Shown here: piece by piece, positions 37,875 to 48,161 of the stretch
Position numbering within the stretch: the stretch's first letter is position 1
How the letters are laid out: every line of letters starts with the position of its first letter
Assembly: GCA_903828785.1 (NCBI GenBank)
Contig: CAIKNP010000007.1
Span: forward strand, 1,629-65,628
Source: an uncultured Actinomycetes bacterium
Lineage (GTDB): Bacteria > Actinomycetota > Acidimicrobiia > Acidimicrobiales > RAAP-2
Direction of reading: 5' to 3'
Length of the DNA stretch: 64,000 nucleotides
Notes under the pieces: generated by a model
Seen by the model: only the letters and a program-made list of their open reading frames with translations
Told to the model about the DNA's origin: nothing
Database searches by the model: none
Translations under genes and position numbers: made by a program

Positions 37875-38435
37875 CTAAAAACGGGGAACTTGCCCCGCGG
37901 CGCGGCGCTGTTCCCAGCTTGGCGCGGCGGCGTCCTTCGCGCTCATGATGGGATCGGCGCTGAGCGGCCAGGGAACATTAATCCTTGAGTCGAAGGGATG
38001 AATTTCTAGTTCGTTGGGGGCGTCGTAGGGAGAGGTCAGCAGATAGGCCAGGGCGCCAGTGTCGCTGGTCACGCAAAAGCCGTGCGCCACACCTTCGGGC
38101 AGGAGAACCGAACGTCCTTCGTCGGCGGCCAGGTGCACAACCACCACGGCGCCGAAGGTGGGTGAGCCTTCACGAATATCGACGATGACGTCATCGAGGG
38201 TGCCCTGCGCGCAGGTCACCAGCTTGGCTTGCCCTCGTGGCGCGACCGAGTAATGCAAGCCGCGCACGACGTTCTTCGTGGAAACCGAGAAATTTGCTTG
38301 CTCCACGCGAAAGTCTCGGCCGGTGGCTTCGAGGTCGCCGAGCTTAAACCACTCACGAAAGAGTCCACGATCGTCACCAAACACGCCAGACTCCAAAATG
38401 ACGCAGCCGGCAATGTCGGTGTCAATCAACTTCAC
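37875..38435 (-). CDS. rmlC: dTDP-4-dehydrorhamnose 3,5-epimerase
   Basis: 186 aa with FGDDRGLFREWF and VRGLHY motifs. Confidence 0.9.
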   Translation of the reverse strand: MKLIDTDIAGCVILESGVFGDDRGLFREWFKLGDLEATGRDFRVEQANFSVSTKNVVRGLHYSVAPRGQAKLVTCAQGTLDDVIVDIREGSPTFGAVVVVHLAADEGRSVLLPEGVAHGFCVTSDTGALAYLLTSPYDAPNELEIHPFDSRINVPWPLSADPIMSAKDAAAPSWEQRRAAGQVPRF

Positions 38436-39403
38436 TGCTGGGCCTTAAGCGGACGCCACCAGGCTTCGTTCTCTCGATACCACTGGACGACGTCGGCGAG
38501 TCCCTGTTCGAAGGGCACCTGGGGGGCGTAGCCGAGTTCGCGAGCGATCTTGTCGCAGTCGACCGAGTAGCGACGGTCGTGACCCAGTCGGTCCCGCACG
38601 GGCTCAATGCTCGACTCGTCAGCACCCATCAAGGCCAAGAGCCGATAAGTGATTTCTTTATTGGTGAGTTCCGTACCTCCACCAATGTTGTAAATTTCAC
38701 CAGCTCTGCCGCCTTCGAGCACGCGCATAATGCCCTGACAGTGATCGTCGACGTGCAACCAGTCACGGACGTTTAGGCCATCGCCGTAGAGGGGGACTTT
38801 GCGGCCATCCATGAGGTTGGACACGAAGAGGGGAATTAACTTTTCTGGATACTGGCGCGGTCCGTAATTATTGGAGCAGCGAGTGACGTTGACGTGCAGA
38901 CCGTAGGTGCGGTGGTAGGCCAAGGCCGCCAAATCTGAGCCGGCCTTGGAGGAGGAGTACGGGGAGTTCGGCTCCAGAATGTGGTCTTCACGCCACGACC
39001 CTTCGGCGATCGATCCGTAGACCTCATCAGTCGACACGTGGACAAATCGACCAAGGTGGTGGCGCTGGGCCGCTTCCAGCAGGGTCTGGGTACCCAGGAC
39101 GTTGGTCTCGAAGAAGACGCGGGCGCCACTTATTGAGCGGTCCACGTGGCTCTCGGCTGCGAAGTGCACCACGGCGTCGGCCCCTCGCAGCGTCTCGTCG
39201 ACGATGTCGTAGTCCGTGATTGATCCGTGCACGAAGGTGCACCGAGCGTCGCGCAGCGCCGCTTCCATGTTTTCACGACGACCCGAGTAGGTCAGCGCGT
39301 CCAAAATAACGACTTCGCTGTACCCCAAGTGCTCGGCCTCGAGCAGGAGCTCGACAAAACGAGAGCCAATAAATCCGGCCCCTCCCGTAATCACTATGCG
39401 CAT
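38432..39403 (-). CDS. rmlB: dTDP-glucose 4,6-dehydratase
   Basis: It has ITGGAGFIGS, STDEVYG and YSSSKA (YxxxK) motifs. Confidence 0.9.
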   Translation of the reverse strand: MRIVITGGAGFIGSRFVELLLEAEHLGYSEVVILDALTYSGRRENMEAALRDARCTFVHGSITDYDIVDETLRGADAVVHFAAESHVDRSISGARVFFETNVLGTQTLLEAAQRHHLGRFVHVSTDEVYGSIAEGSWREDHILEPNSPYSSSKAGSDLAALAYHRTYGLHVNVTRCSNNYGPRQYPEKLIPLFVSNLMDGRKVPLYGDGLNVRDWLHVDDHCQGIMRVLEGGRAGEIYNIGGGTELTNKEITYRLLALMGADESSIEPVRDRLGHDRRYSVDCDKIARELGYAPQVPFEQGLADVVQWYRENEAWWRPLKAQQ

Positions 39404-39453
39404 GGGAACCTTGACCTCGAAAGTAGGGGTAATCGGTTTCCTATACTAATGGG

Positions 39454-40239
39454 ATGAAGGGAATCATTCTGGCTGGGGGCAGCGGAACACGGCTCTACCC
39501 CATAACGAGAGCCGTTTCGAAGCAGCTCCTCCCCGTCTACGACAAGCCGATGATCTACTACCCCCTGAGCACCTTGATGCTCACGGGATTGCGCGAGATT
39601 CTCCTTATCACGACACCCCACGACCGCGAGGCCTTCCAGCGACTGCTCGGCGACGGATCGCAGTTCGGTCTCGAGATCTCCTGGGTCGTCCAGGACAAGC
39701 CCGACGGCCTGGCCCAGGCCCTCATTCTCGGTGAGTCCTTCCTCGGCGGCGAGAAGTGCGCGCTGGTTCTCGGCGACAACCTCTTCCACGGTCCCGGCCT
39801 GGGAACGCAACTGGCCAACAACACCGACATCGACGGAGCCCTCATCTACGCCTACGAAGTTGCCGACCCCAGCGCCTACGGCGTCGTTGAATTCGACGAG
39901 GGGGGACGGGTCGTCTCCATCGAGGAGAAGCCCTCAACACCCAAGTCGCACTTCGCCATTCCCGGGCTCTACTTCTACGACGAGCGAGCCTCGGCGCTCG
40001 CCAAGACTCTGACTCCCAGCGCGCGCGGTGAACTCGAAATCACCGCCCTCAACAACGCCTACCTCGAGATGGGTGAACTGCACGTGCAGACGCTGTCGCG
40101 AGCGACGACCTGGCTCGATACCGGCACCCACGAATCCCTCTACGAAGCCGGCGGCTTCATTCGCGCCCTGCAGCACCGTACGGGTTTTCGCATTGGCGAC
40201 CCCGACCAAATTGCTCGCGATCAGGGCTGGATTGCCTAA
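39454..40239 (+). CDS. rmlA: Glucose-1-phosphate thymidylyltransferase
   Basis: The N-terminus is [38 protein letters not shown]. At 261 aa it is somewhat short at the C-terminus. Confidence 0.9.
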   Translation: MKGIILAGGSGTRLYPITRAVSKQLLPVYDKPMIYYPLSTLMLTGLREILLITTPHDREAFQRLLGDGSQFGLEISWVVQDKPDGLAQALILGESFLGGEKCALVLGDNLFHGPGLGTQLANNTDIDGALIYAYEVADPSAYGVVEFDEGGRVVSIEEKPSTPKSHFAIPGLYFYDERASALAKTLTPSARGELEITALNNAYLEMGELHVQTLSRATTWLDTGTHESLYEAGGFIRALQHRTGFRIGDPDQIARDQGWIA

Positions 40240-40304
40240 GTTCGACTAACCCGCTTTCGCCGGCTGGCTGTCCTAGACTAAAAATAACGGCCAAAGGAGC
40301 TCGA

Positions 40305-40886
40305 ATGTCGACTGTTGCCCTCACGCGTCAAGGCACCATCTTGGAAAAAGTGGTACGCCCCTCAATAACGGCTGACGTCCTCCTGGTCGTAGCCGGCGCC
40401 GCGTTCGTGGGTCTCCTCGCGCAAATTTCTTGGACCGTGCATCCCTTCGTCGTGCCCTTCACGGGACAGACCCTGGGTGTCTTGGTCGTCGGCTCAACGC
40501 TCGGTCTTCGCCGAGCGGTGGCGTCCATGGCCCTTTACATTTTGGCGGGCGTGGCGGGCGTGCCCTGGTTCGCCGCCGGTAGCCACGGTTACCCCAGTGC
40601 GCTCTTTGGATACCTGATCGGTTTCGTCGTCGCCGCGGCGCTCATGAGTTATCTCGCCGGTAAGGGTCGCGACCGCACCGTCTCGGGGGCCGTTGGTCTC
40701 TTCGTACTCGGTGAACTCGTCATCTACGCCATTGGCGTTCCCTGGCTCGCCCTGCACTACCACCAGTCCCTCGCCTGGGGCATCACCAACGGACTCGTGC
40801 CCTTCCTCGTCTGGGACATCGCCAAGGCCGTGGTCGCTGGTACCCTGCTGCCCGCCAGCTGGCGACTTGTCGGTCGGCAGGACTAA
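40305..40886 (+). CDS. bioY: Biotin transporter BioY (ECF S-component)
   Basis: 193 aa with six helices and VPFTGQTLGVLVVG and YLIGFVVAA motifs. Confidence 0.8.
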   Translation: MSTVALTRQGTILEKVVRPSITADVLLVVAGAAFVGLLAQISWTVHPFVVPFTGQTLGVLVVGSTLGLRRAVASMALYILAGVAGVPWFAAGSHGYPSALFGYLIGFVVAAALMSYLAGKGRDRTVSGAVGLFVLGELVIYAIGVPWLALHYHQSLAWGITNGLVPFLVWDIAKAVVAGTLLPASWRLVGRQD

Positions 40887-40918
40887 GACGTCACCGCAGT
40901 GAGCGATACGCTTAGTGC

Positions 40919-42409
40919 ATGACCGCCTGGCCCGAGCTTCCCGAACCCGACGTATCCGCCGAACACCCGATTTCTGACTCCTGGGTCTACACCGGCGCCC
41001 ACCGCCCGCCCATGCCCCGCAGTGCGAGCGAGCGCATGACCCGCGAATGGGCCGCCTCGGAAATTCCCGACGCTCAACACCCCGCCGTCACTAACTTTGC
41101 GGCGCGGCGCGGCGCTCTCGCCCAGGAATTTCCCGGCATGACCATCGTTGTTCCTTCGGGTAACTACAAGGTCCGTAGTAATGACACGGATTACCGCTTC
41201 CGCACCGCCGTGGACTTTTACTACCTCACTGGCTGCCAAGATCCCGACGTCGTCTTGGTCATCAATCCCAGCGCTGGCGGACCTCGCTCGACGCTCTACG
41301 TGGCGCCACGCCGCGACCAACGCACGCACGAATTCTTTACCGACTCTCGATACGGTGAGTTGTGGGTGGGCGCGCGTCGTGGACTCGAGGAGGCCCGCAT
41401 CTACTTCGGCCTCGAAACGGCGCCGCTCGATCGACTCGAAAAAGATCTCATTGATTTGAGTTCCACCGACATTCTGGTGGATCGAGGCATTGATCTAGGG
41501 GTCGACGCCATGGTCGCGACGCACGCACTCGACGACAAGGTCCCCCTCGCCCTGAGCAACCAGCGGCTGGTGAAGGACGCCTTCGAGATTGCCCAGCTCC
41601 AAGCCGCCGTTGATTATTCCATCATGGGTTTCGAGGACGTGGTGCGGGCTCTCCCCACCGCTAGGGTGCGCGGTGAGCGCGTCATTGAAGGCGTCTTTAA
41701 CTTGCGCGCCCGCGTCGAAGGCAACGACGTCGGTTACAACCCCATCTGCGCCAGCGGCTCGAACGCCACCATCCTGCACTGGATGCACAACGACGGTGAG
41801 GTGAACGACGGCGACCTCTTGCTGCTGGACGCCGGTGTTGAAGTCAACGAGCTCTACACCGCTGACGTCACGCGCACCATGCCGGTTAACGGGAAGTTCT
41901 CCCGCGCCCAGCGTCGAATTTACGACATCGTCTTGCGCGCCTCGAACGAAGCCATCGCCGCCTTGCGCCCCGGAGTTCCCTTCATCACCACCTACGAAGT
42001 GGCGACGCGCGTCTTGACCGAGGGCCTCATCGAGCTCGGTATCTTGACCGATGAACTCGACGTGGCGACGCGCAAGGATCTCCAACTCTTCCGCCGCTAC
42101 ACCCTGCACGGCACCAGCCACATGCTGGGTCTCGACGTGCACGACTGCACGCTGTCGCGCGACGCCCACAAGGAAGGCGCCCTCGAAGCCGGTCACGTGC
42201 TCACCGTCGAGCCGGGTCTCTACTTCCAATGGAACGACCTCACCGTTCCCGAGGAGTACCGGGGCATCGGCGTGCGCATCGAAGATGATCTGCTCATCAC
42301 CAACGATGGCTACGTCAACCTGTCGGGCGCCTTGCCCCGCGATCCCGACGCCATCGAAGCCTGGATGGCCGCTCTCTGGGCCAACGGGCCCGGCGACCTG
42401 GCGCGCTAA
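40919..42409 (+). CDS. Xaa-Pro aminopeptidase (M24B, aminopeptidase P family)
   Basis: The metal-ligand segments DAGVEVNELYTADVTRT, HGTSHMLGLDVHD, LTVEPGLY and GVRIEDD are present. Confidence 0.85.
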   Translation: MTAWPELPEPDVSAEHPISDSWVYTGAHRPPMPRSASERMTREWAASEIPDAQHPAVTNFAARRGALAQEFPGMTIVVPSGNYKVRSNDTDYRFRTAVDFYYLTGCQDPDVVLVINPSAGGPRSTLYVAPRRDQRTHEFFTDSRYGELWVGARRGLEEARIYFGLETAPLDRLEKDLIDLSSTDILVDRGIDLGVDAMVATHALDDKVPLALSNQRLVKDAFEIAQLQAAVDYSIMGFEDVVRALPTARVRGERVIEGVFNLRARVEGNDVGYNPICASGSNATILHWMHNDGEVNDGDLLLLDAGVEVNELYTADVTRTMPVNGKFSRAQRRIYDIVLRASNEAIAALRPGVPFITTYEVATRVLTEGLIELGILTDELDVATRKDLQLFRRYTLHGTSHMLGLDVHDCTLSRDAHKEGALEAGHVLTVEPGLYFQWNDLTVPEEYRGIGVRIEDDLLITNDGYVNLSGALPRDPDAIEAWMAALWANGPGDLAR

Positions 42410-43585
42410 CTACTCGGCTTCGATTTCTTCGCGACTAATGCCCAGGAAGTAGAGAACGGTATCGAGGTAGGGCACCGAGAGGGCCGCGTCGGCGTGTTCG
42501 CGCACCACCGGCTTGGCGTTAAAGGCGATACCGAGTCCGGCCGCCGACAACATGTCGATGTCGTTGGCGCCGTCGCCCACGGCCACCGTCTGCTCCAGCG
42601 GCACTCCGACGCGCTCGGCAAAACGCTCCAGGGCGCGGGCCTTGCCCGCACGATCGACAATGGGACCAGTGACGCGGCCGGTCAGACGACCATCCACGAT
42701 TTCGAGGTGGTTGGCTTCGAGCAACTCCACGTTGAGCTCCTTTAAGAGCGGGGCCAGAATCTCCACGAAACCACCCGAGACGACCGCGGGCACGTAGCCC
42801 AGGCGATGGAGCGTTCGCAGCAGCGTTCGTGCGCCCGGGCTTAGGCGGATTCGATCACGCACGCGACCAAGGACGGCTTCGTCTAGTCCCGTGAGTAGGG
42901 CCACCCGCTGGCGCAGTGACTGCGCAAAGTCGAGCTCACCGGCCATGGCCAACTCGGTGATGTGGGCCACCTCGTCACCACAGTTGGCCTCTTCGGCAAG
43001 CAAATCAATCACTTCATCTTGCAGCAAGGTCGAGTCGGCATCCATCACGACGAGGTGCTTGGCCCGACGGTGTAGTCCGGCCCGCTGCATGGCCACGTCT
43101 AGGCCACTGCCCTGCACGGCGGTCGTCACCGCTTCGCGCAACGCCACGTGGTCCTCACCACGAACCACCAGCTCGTAACAATCAACCGGGTAACTCGCTA
43201 GGTGAACGATACGCTCGCAGGTCGCCCCCACTGAGGCAAAGGCCGCGAAGACCCCGTGCAGTTGCGCCGTCGAAACCGTGGGCGCCAGCAAGGTAACCAG
43301 CAAAAGACGTCCCGTCGTGGCCTCAGTGGCCACGACGGGCGACACATTGGCACTCATGCCGTCACGAACAATGTCCCGAGTGGCGAGGGCGGCGTGAAGA
43401 TCCTCGGCGGAAACGCCAGCACTCACCGTCACTTCGGCGCAGAGCACCAGGGTTCCGCGAATGGTTATCTGGCCTACGTCACGTAGGCACCCATCCACCG
43501 TGAGCAGCGACAGCGCGGCGAAGAGTTCACCGCCAACCCCGACGCGGTCGGGCCCACTGACGGTCACGAGATAGGTAATAGACAT
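42410..43585 (-). CDS. serB: Phosphoserine phosphatase SerB with an N-terminal ACT-like region
   Basis: It has the HAD motifs VMDADSTLLQDEVID and GDGANDIDML. Confidence 0.85.
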   Translation of the reverse strand: MSITYLVTVSGPDRVGVGGELFAALSLLTVDGCLRDVGQITIRGTLVLCAEVTVSAGVSAEDLHAALATRDIVRDGMSANVSPVVATEATTGRLLLVTLLAPTVSTAQLHGVFAAFASVGATCERIVHLASYPVDCYELVVRGEDHVALREAVTTAVQGSGLDVAMQRAGLHRRAKHLVVMDADSTLLQDEVIDLLAEEANCGDEVAHITELAMAGELDFAQSLRQRVALLTGLDEAVLGRVRDRIRLSPGARTLLRTLHRLGYVPAVVSGGFVEILAPLLKELNVELLEANHLEIVDGRLTGRVTGPIVDRAGKARALERFAERVGVPLEQTVAVGDGANDIDMLSAAGLGIAFNAKPVVREHADAALSVPYLDTVLYFLGISREEIEAE

Positions 43586-43603
43586 ACCTAGAAGCGTAGG
43601 GGC

Positions 43604-44884
43604 TTAGCTCGGCGAATCGAAGACTTCGTGGGCACGGAGTTCACGAACCTCGCGCACGTGCTCATCGCTGCGAGCGTCAAATTGCCAAAGTGCGGGCAGG
43701 GCCACCGCCACCAGCGCCACCGACCCGGTGCAGGCCAAGCCTCCGTAGGTCAGTGAGAGGCGCAGGGTCATCCACGACGCCATCACGCCGGCGCGGAACT
43801 GACCGGCAGTTGGTCCAATGGAATAGGAAATCATTTCGGTTCCGGCGGTGCGCCCGCGCATGTCGGGTCGAATCGATTCGTTCCACATTGTGGAACGAAA
43901 GATGCCGCTGTAGGAATCAGCGGCCCCGGCAATCGCCAGGCCGACCAGAACGAGCAGCAGCGAGGAAGCACTGCCGAAGAGCGCAATGCCCAGACCCCAA
44001 ACGGCGGCCGAAGCAATAACCGCTCGTCCGTAGTGGTGAATACGTCTCGTCCACTTCGAGAGCAGGGTGGCGAGTAGGGCGCCGAAGGGCATGCCCACGT
44101 AGAGAAGCGACAGAGCAAAGGCCTCGTGAAATCGAACCGCCACGAAGGGCAACATGGCCATGGGGTAGGCCAAGACCATGGCCAAGATGTCGATGACGTA
44201 GGTTCCGACGATATCGGGGCGCCCCTGCAGAAAGGCCACGCCCTCGCGCAAGGCGGCGCGGTCACTCGCCGCCTCCGTCACCGGGGCGATCTGTTTGGCG
44301 AGTCGAAGGAGCAGGACGAGCGAGGCGCAAAAGGTGACGACGTTAATCGCGTAGACGTACTGCACTCCGAAGGCGACCGCCAAGAGTCCCCCAGCGGCCG
44401 GTCCCGAAATGGAGGCCACGGTATAGCGGATATTGGCTAAGGCCGCGGCCGAGCGTTGTAATTGGTGGGGGACGAAGGATTGATTCAACGCCTCAATACT
44501 GGGACGCTGCAAACTGGCAATAGCCGCGGTGAAAAACGCCGCCACGTACAGCACCCAGACAATGGGATGAACCAAGAGCGCGTTGAGAAAAACCAAAGTG
44601 GTGACCAGCAGTAGGCCCACTTCCATGGTGATAATCAAGCGACGCCGATTGAGTCGATCCGCCAAAATCCCGCCGTAGAGTCCACACACCACCAGCGGAA
44701 CGAGTTCCGCCAGTCCCAGTGCTCCAACTTGCAAGGTCGAATGGGTGAGTTGTCGCAGTTGAAAGGGCATGGTGACGTAGGACGCCTGGGCCCCGAGAGA
44801 CGTCACCAATCCCGCCACGTAAAGCCGACGGTACTCCTTGGAGACCCGCAGTGGCGTTAGATCCACCCCTAGGGCTTTTCTCAC
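43604..44884 (-). CDS. MFS transporter (EntS/DHA3-like, 12 helices)
   Basis: Polytopic protein with the motif GGILADRLNRRRL. GTG 44884 gives a GTGA overlap with the upstream acetyltransferase stop. Confidence 0.8.
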   Translation of the reverse strand: MRKALGVDLTPLRVSKEYRRLYVAGLVTSLGAQASYVTMPFQLRQLTHSTLQVGALGLAELVPLVVCGLYGGILADRLNRRRLIITMEVGLLLVTTLVFLNALLVHPIVWVLYVAAFFTAAIASLQRPSIEALNQSFVPHQLQRSAAALANIRYTVASISGPAAGGLLAVAFGVQYVYAINVVTFCASLVLLLRLAKQIAPVTEAASDRAALREGVAFLQGRPDIVGTYVIDILAMVLAYPMAMLPFVAVRFHEAFALSLLYVGMPFGALLATLLSKWTRRIHHYGRAVIASAAVWGLGIALFGSASSLLLVLVGLAIAGAADSYSGIFRSTMWNESIRPDMRGRTAGTEMISYSIGPTAGQFRAGVMASWMTLRLSLTYGGLACTGSVALVAVALPALWQFDARSDEHVREVRELRAHEVFDSPS

Positions 44885-45522
44885 GTCGCCGCCCCGTCGC
44901 GCCAACCATAGGTAGCGTCGTAGTGGCGCAAAATTTTGGCCGGAACGCCCCCGAGGAGCACGTGGTCGGGAAAGGATCCACGCACCACGGCTCCCGCCGC
45001 CACGGTGGTGTTCACTCCCAGGTGCGTACCCGGCAGAATCACGACCTGGGTACCAACCCAGCTTCCCGAACCAATCACCACCGCGGCTTCACGACCGGGT
45101 TGTTGGCCAATGGGAGTGAGCGGATCGTCGTAGGAATGATTCTGATCGGTGACGTAGACGTTAGGACCAAGTTGGACGTTGTCACCAATGACGATGGACC
45201 AGTGTCCAACGATCTGGGAGCCCCGCCCAATAACGCAGGCACTACCGATTGCAATAACGGGTGAAGTCAACATCTCTTGATCGGGCGAGACACCGACCGC
45301 TAGGGTCACGGACGGACCGACCAAGGTGTTTTCACCCAGGGCGATGTAGCGCTCGTTGTAAATTGTGCCCTGCGGAGCGAGTAAGGCGGCCCCGCGTCCG
45401 AAGGTGTGGAAGGACGTGGCGTAGTGGTCGTCGGGACCGACCGTCGCAACCTCATTCAGATACGATCGAACCACGCGCACGCGCTGTCCCAACCATCGAC
45501 GGAAGCGAAGCCTCGTAATCAC
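44881..45522 (-). CDS. Hexapeptide-repeat (left-handed beta-helix) acyl/acetyltransferase
   Basis: It has repeated [LIV]-G-x-x-x-x imperfect hexads (IGSACVIGRGSQIVGHWSIVIGDNVQLGPNVYV; IGSGSWVGTQVVILPGTHLGVNTTVAAGAVV). Confidence 0.8.
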   Translation of the reverse strand: MITRLRFRRWLGQRVRVVRSYLNEVATVGPDDHYATSFHTFGRGAALLAPQGTIYNERYIALGENTLVGPSVTLAVGVSPDQEMLTSPVIAIGSACVIGRGSQIVGHWSIVIGDNVQLGPNVYVTDQNHSYDDPLTPIGQQPGREAAVVIGSGSWVGTQVVILPGTHLGVNTTVAAGAVVRGSFPDHVLLGGVPAKILRHYDATYGWRDGAAT

Positions 45523-45669
45523 TCGACCACGCTAGTGGTCAATGCTCCTCTGGCGAAGATATACCGGCTCTCATCGCAAGGGAGCACTGAGCACCCAGGA
45601 AGACGTGAACGGCAACATGGCACCGAGGGTCAAGCAAGGAAGCGGCCGCAGCCTTCGACGGAAGCTGCC

Positions 45670-46722
45670 TTATTCGAGCGTAAGGGGCGCGTCGATATCG
45701 ATTTCAGCAACGTCGACGGCGTCAGGGAGCAGGGCGTTGGCCATGTGCTCACGAACACGGGTGTCGATTTCAATCATCGTCTGGGGGTTCTCGCGAAGGA
45801 AGGTCTTCACGTTCTCACGTCCCTGTCCCATTTGTTCACCTTCGTAGGTGAACCAGGCACCGGCCTTCTTTACGAAGCCCAATTCCACGGACACGTCGAG
45901 GATAGAGCCCTCGCGACTAATGCCCTGTCCGTACATGATGTCGAACTCAGCCTGCTTGAAGGGGGCGGCGCACTTGTTCTTTACGACCTTCACCCGAGTG
46001 CGGTTACCGACGACGTCGGCCCCGTCCTTGATTGATTCGATACGACGGATGTCGAGTCGGACGGAGGAGTAGAACTTGAGGGCCTTGCCACCAGGAGTGA
46101 CTTCGGGCGAACCGTACATGACGCCGATCTTCTCTCGCAACTGGTTGATGAAGATGGCGACGGTACCGGACTTCGAGAGCCCGCCGGTCAACTTGCGCAG
46201 GGCCTGGCTCATGAGACGAGCCTGGAGACCAACGTGGCTGTCACCCATGTCACCCTCGATTTCGGCACGAGGCGTCAACGCGGCCACCGAGTCGATGACG
46301 ATGACGTCGAGTGCGCCCGAACGAATCAGCATGTCGGCGATTTCGAGCGCCTGTTCACCCGTGTCGGGCTGGGATATCAAAAGGTCATCAATGTTGACAC
46401 CAATGGCTCGGGCGTACACCGGGTCCATGGCGTGTTCGGCGTCGATGTAGGCACAGGTACCGCCGTTACGCTGGGCCTCAGCCACCACGTGCATAGCGAG
46501 GGTCGACTTACCCGAAGACTCGGGGCCGTAGAGCTCGATGATTCGACCCCGGGGGAGACCACCAATGCCGAGAGCCATGTCGAGCGCCAATGCGCCCGTG
46601 GGAATAGCTTCAATTTGCATGTGGAGGTTTTGTCCCATGCGCATAACGGAACCCTTACCGAACTGCTTTTCAATCTGCCCTAACGCGGACTCGAGAGCCT
46701 TTGCGCGGTCGTCGCTTGCCAT
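45670..46722 (-). CDS. recA: Recombinase RecA
   Basis: It has [18 protein letters not shown], the Walker A motif [11 protein letters not shown] and an L2 region. The start is at ATG 46722, preceded by GGAGAC. Confidence 0.97.
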   Translation of the reverse strand: MASDDRAKALESALGQIEKQFGKGSVMRMGQNLHMQIEAIPTGALALDMALGIGGLPRGRIIELYGPESSGKSTLAMHVVAEAQRNGGTCAYIDAEHAMDPVYARAIGVNIDDLLISQPDTGEQALEIADMLIRSGALDVIVIDSVAALTPRAEIEGDMGDSHVGLQARLMSQALRKLTGGLSKSGTVAIFINQLREKIGVMYGSPEVTPGGKALKFYSSVRLDIRRIESIKDGADVVGNRTRVKVVKNKCAAPFKQAEFDIMYGQGISREGSILDVSVELGFVKKAGAWFTYEGEQMGQGRENVKTFLRENPQTMIEIDTRVREHMANALLPDAVDVAEIDIDAPLTLE

Positions 46723-46805
46723 TGCTGTCTCCTTGTTGTTCTTCACGAGAGGCACGTTAGAGGCCCCTAGTTACATCGGTCGTTCTCCGCTACCGAAAAC
46801 CGTAC

Positions 46806-46823
46806 TACGAACAGGTGTTCGTA
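46806..46823. promoter_or_regulatory. LexA SOS box upstream of recA
   Basis: Perfect 18-bp palindrome TACGAAC-AGGT-GTTCGTA, matching the Gram-positive/actinobacterial CGAAC-N4-GTTCG consensus. It lies 84 nt upstream of the recA start. Confidence 0.8.
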
Positions 46824-46901
46824 GCCAGCATTTATCAAAAAATCTGTCCTTGAGAGCACTATTTCCCTCTATAAAAGGGAAAATTGACGCTGCGCAGTCC
46901 T

Positions 46902-48161
46902 CTAGAGGATGCGGTCGATGGCTTGCCGCAACACGTTGAGCGCACCGATCGCCCCGTAGGAGCGGACCCGAGGACGGTCGCCAGGCAGTCGCAATTCCAC
47001 GTGGGAAATCTCGTCACCAACAGCAATACCGACGAATACTGTTCCGGGGGCGTGACCATCGAGGGGATCTGGCCCAGCCACTCCGGTCACCGAAATAGCT
47101 ACGTCAGAACCAAAGAGCGTTCGAACGCCACGAGCCATTTCCTCCGCAGCCAGTCCACTGACGACGCGACCAGGTGTGACCCCGAGAAGGTCAAACTTGA
47201 TATCAGAGGCGTAACTCACCACGCTCCCCTTAAACCAGTTCGACGCGCCAGGAACATTGACGAGACGACTCGCGATGAGCCCACCCGTTACTGATTCGGC
47301 CAGCGCGAGGGTCAAACCGCGTGCGCTGAGTCGAGAGGCGATGGCGTCCTCCATCGCTTCAGCGTCCACGCCGAAGATTACGTCACCAAAGGCATCGGTA
47401 ATCAGGCTGCGCACCACAGTCTCCTCAGCAGCCAGAAGTTCCTTGGCGTGTTCGGCGTTGTCACCTCGGGCCGTGAGTCGCACCTTAATGCCCTCAATGC
47501 CCGACGCCAAGAAGGCGATGGTAACTCGCTCGGAACCTTCGAGTTCATCGAATCGGCTGCCCACGGCCTCGGCCAAGCCGGACTCGCTGGCGCCCCAGGT
47601 TCGTAACACGCGCGAGGTGATGACACTGGTCTGCCCCTCGGCACGTACTCGATCAAGCAGATCGGGCAAAATGGCGCGCGTGAACATTTCGCTCATTTCG
47701 TAGGGGACACCGGGCACGGCGTAGAGCACCTGCGAACCGACGGGGCAGATGAGTCCGGGAGCGGTCCCCCGAACTTGGTCGATGACGCTCGCACCAACGG
47801 GAACGTCAGCTTGCAGCAGATTGTTGTCGCTCATGGGGCGACCGCGCCCAGCGAACATTGCTCGAATGCGCTCGACCAAGTAGTCCTGCCGTTCGAGCGC
47901 CGCCCCCATGACCTCAGCCAGCGCCGCCCGAGTGATGTCGTCTTGCGTAGGTCCTAGACCACCGCAAACGATAACGGCATCGGAACGAGAAAGAGCGACG
48001 CGAAAGGCCGCCACTATTCGCTCGTGATTGTCACCGACGTGCTGGTGAAAGTGTGAGCTGATGCCGTGGGCGGCGAGCTGCTCCCCTAACCACTGCGAAT
48101 TAGTGTCGGGGATTTGACCAAGCAGGAGTTCCGTTCCCACCGCGACGATTTCAACGCGCAC
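46902..48161 (-). CDS. cinA: CinA (competence/damage-inducible protein: MoCF-binding domain plus PncC-type NMN amidohydrolase domain)
   Basis: The N-terminus is MRVEIVAVGTELLLGQIPDTNSQWL and the C-terminal domain carries LALAESVTGGLIA. Confidence 0.85.
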   Translation of the reverse strand: MRVEIVAVGTELLLGQIPDTNSQWLGEQLAAHGISSHFHQHVGDNHERIVAAFRVALSRSDAVIVCGGLGPTQDDITRAALAEVMGAALERQDYLVERIRAMFAGRGRPMSDNNLLQADVPVGASVIDQVRGTAPGLICPVGSQVLYAVPGVPYEMSEMFTRAILPDLLDRVRAEGQTSVITSRVLRTWGASESGLAEAVGSRFDELEGSERVTIAFLASGIEGIKVRLTARGDNAEHAKELLAAEETVVRSLITDAFGDVIFGVDAEAMEDAIASRLSARGLTLALAESVTGGLIASRLVNVPGASNWFKGSVVSYASDIKFDLLGVTPGRVVSGLAAEEMARGVRTLFGSDVAISVTGVAGPDPLDGHAPGTVFVGIAVGDEISHVELRLPGDRPRVRSYGAIGALNVLRQAIDRIL

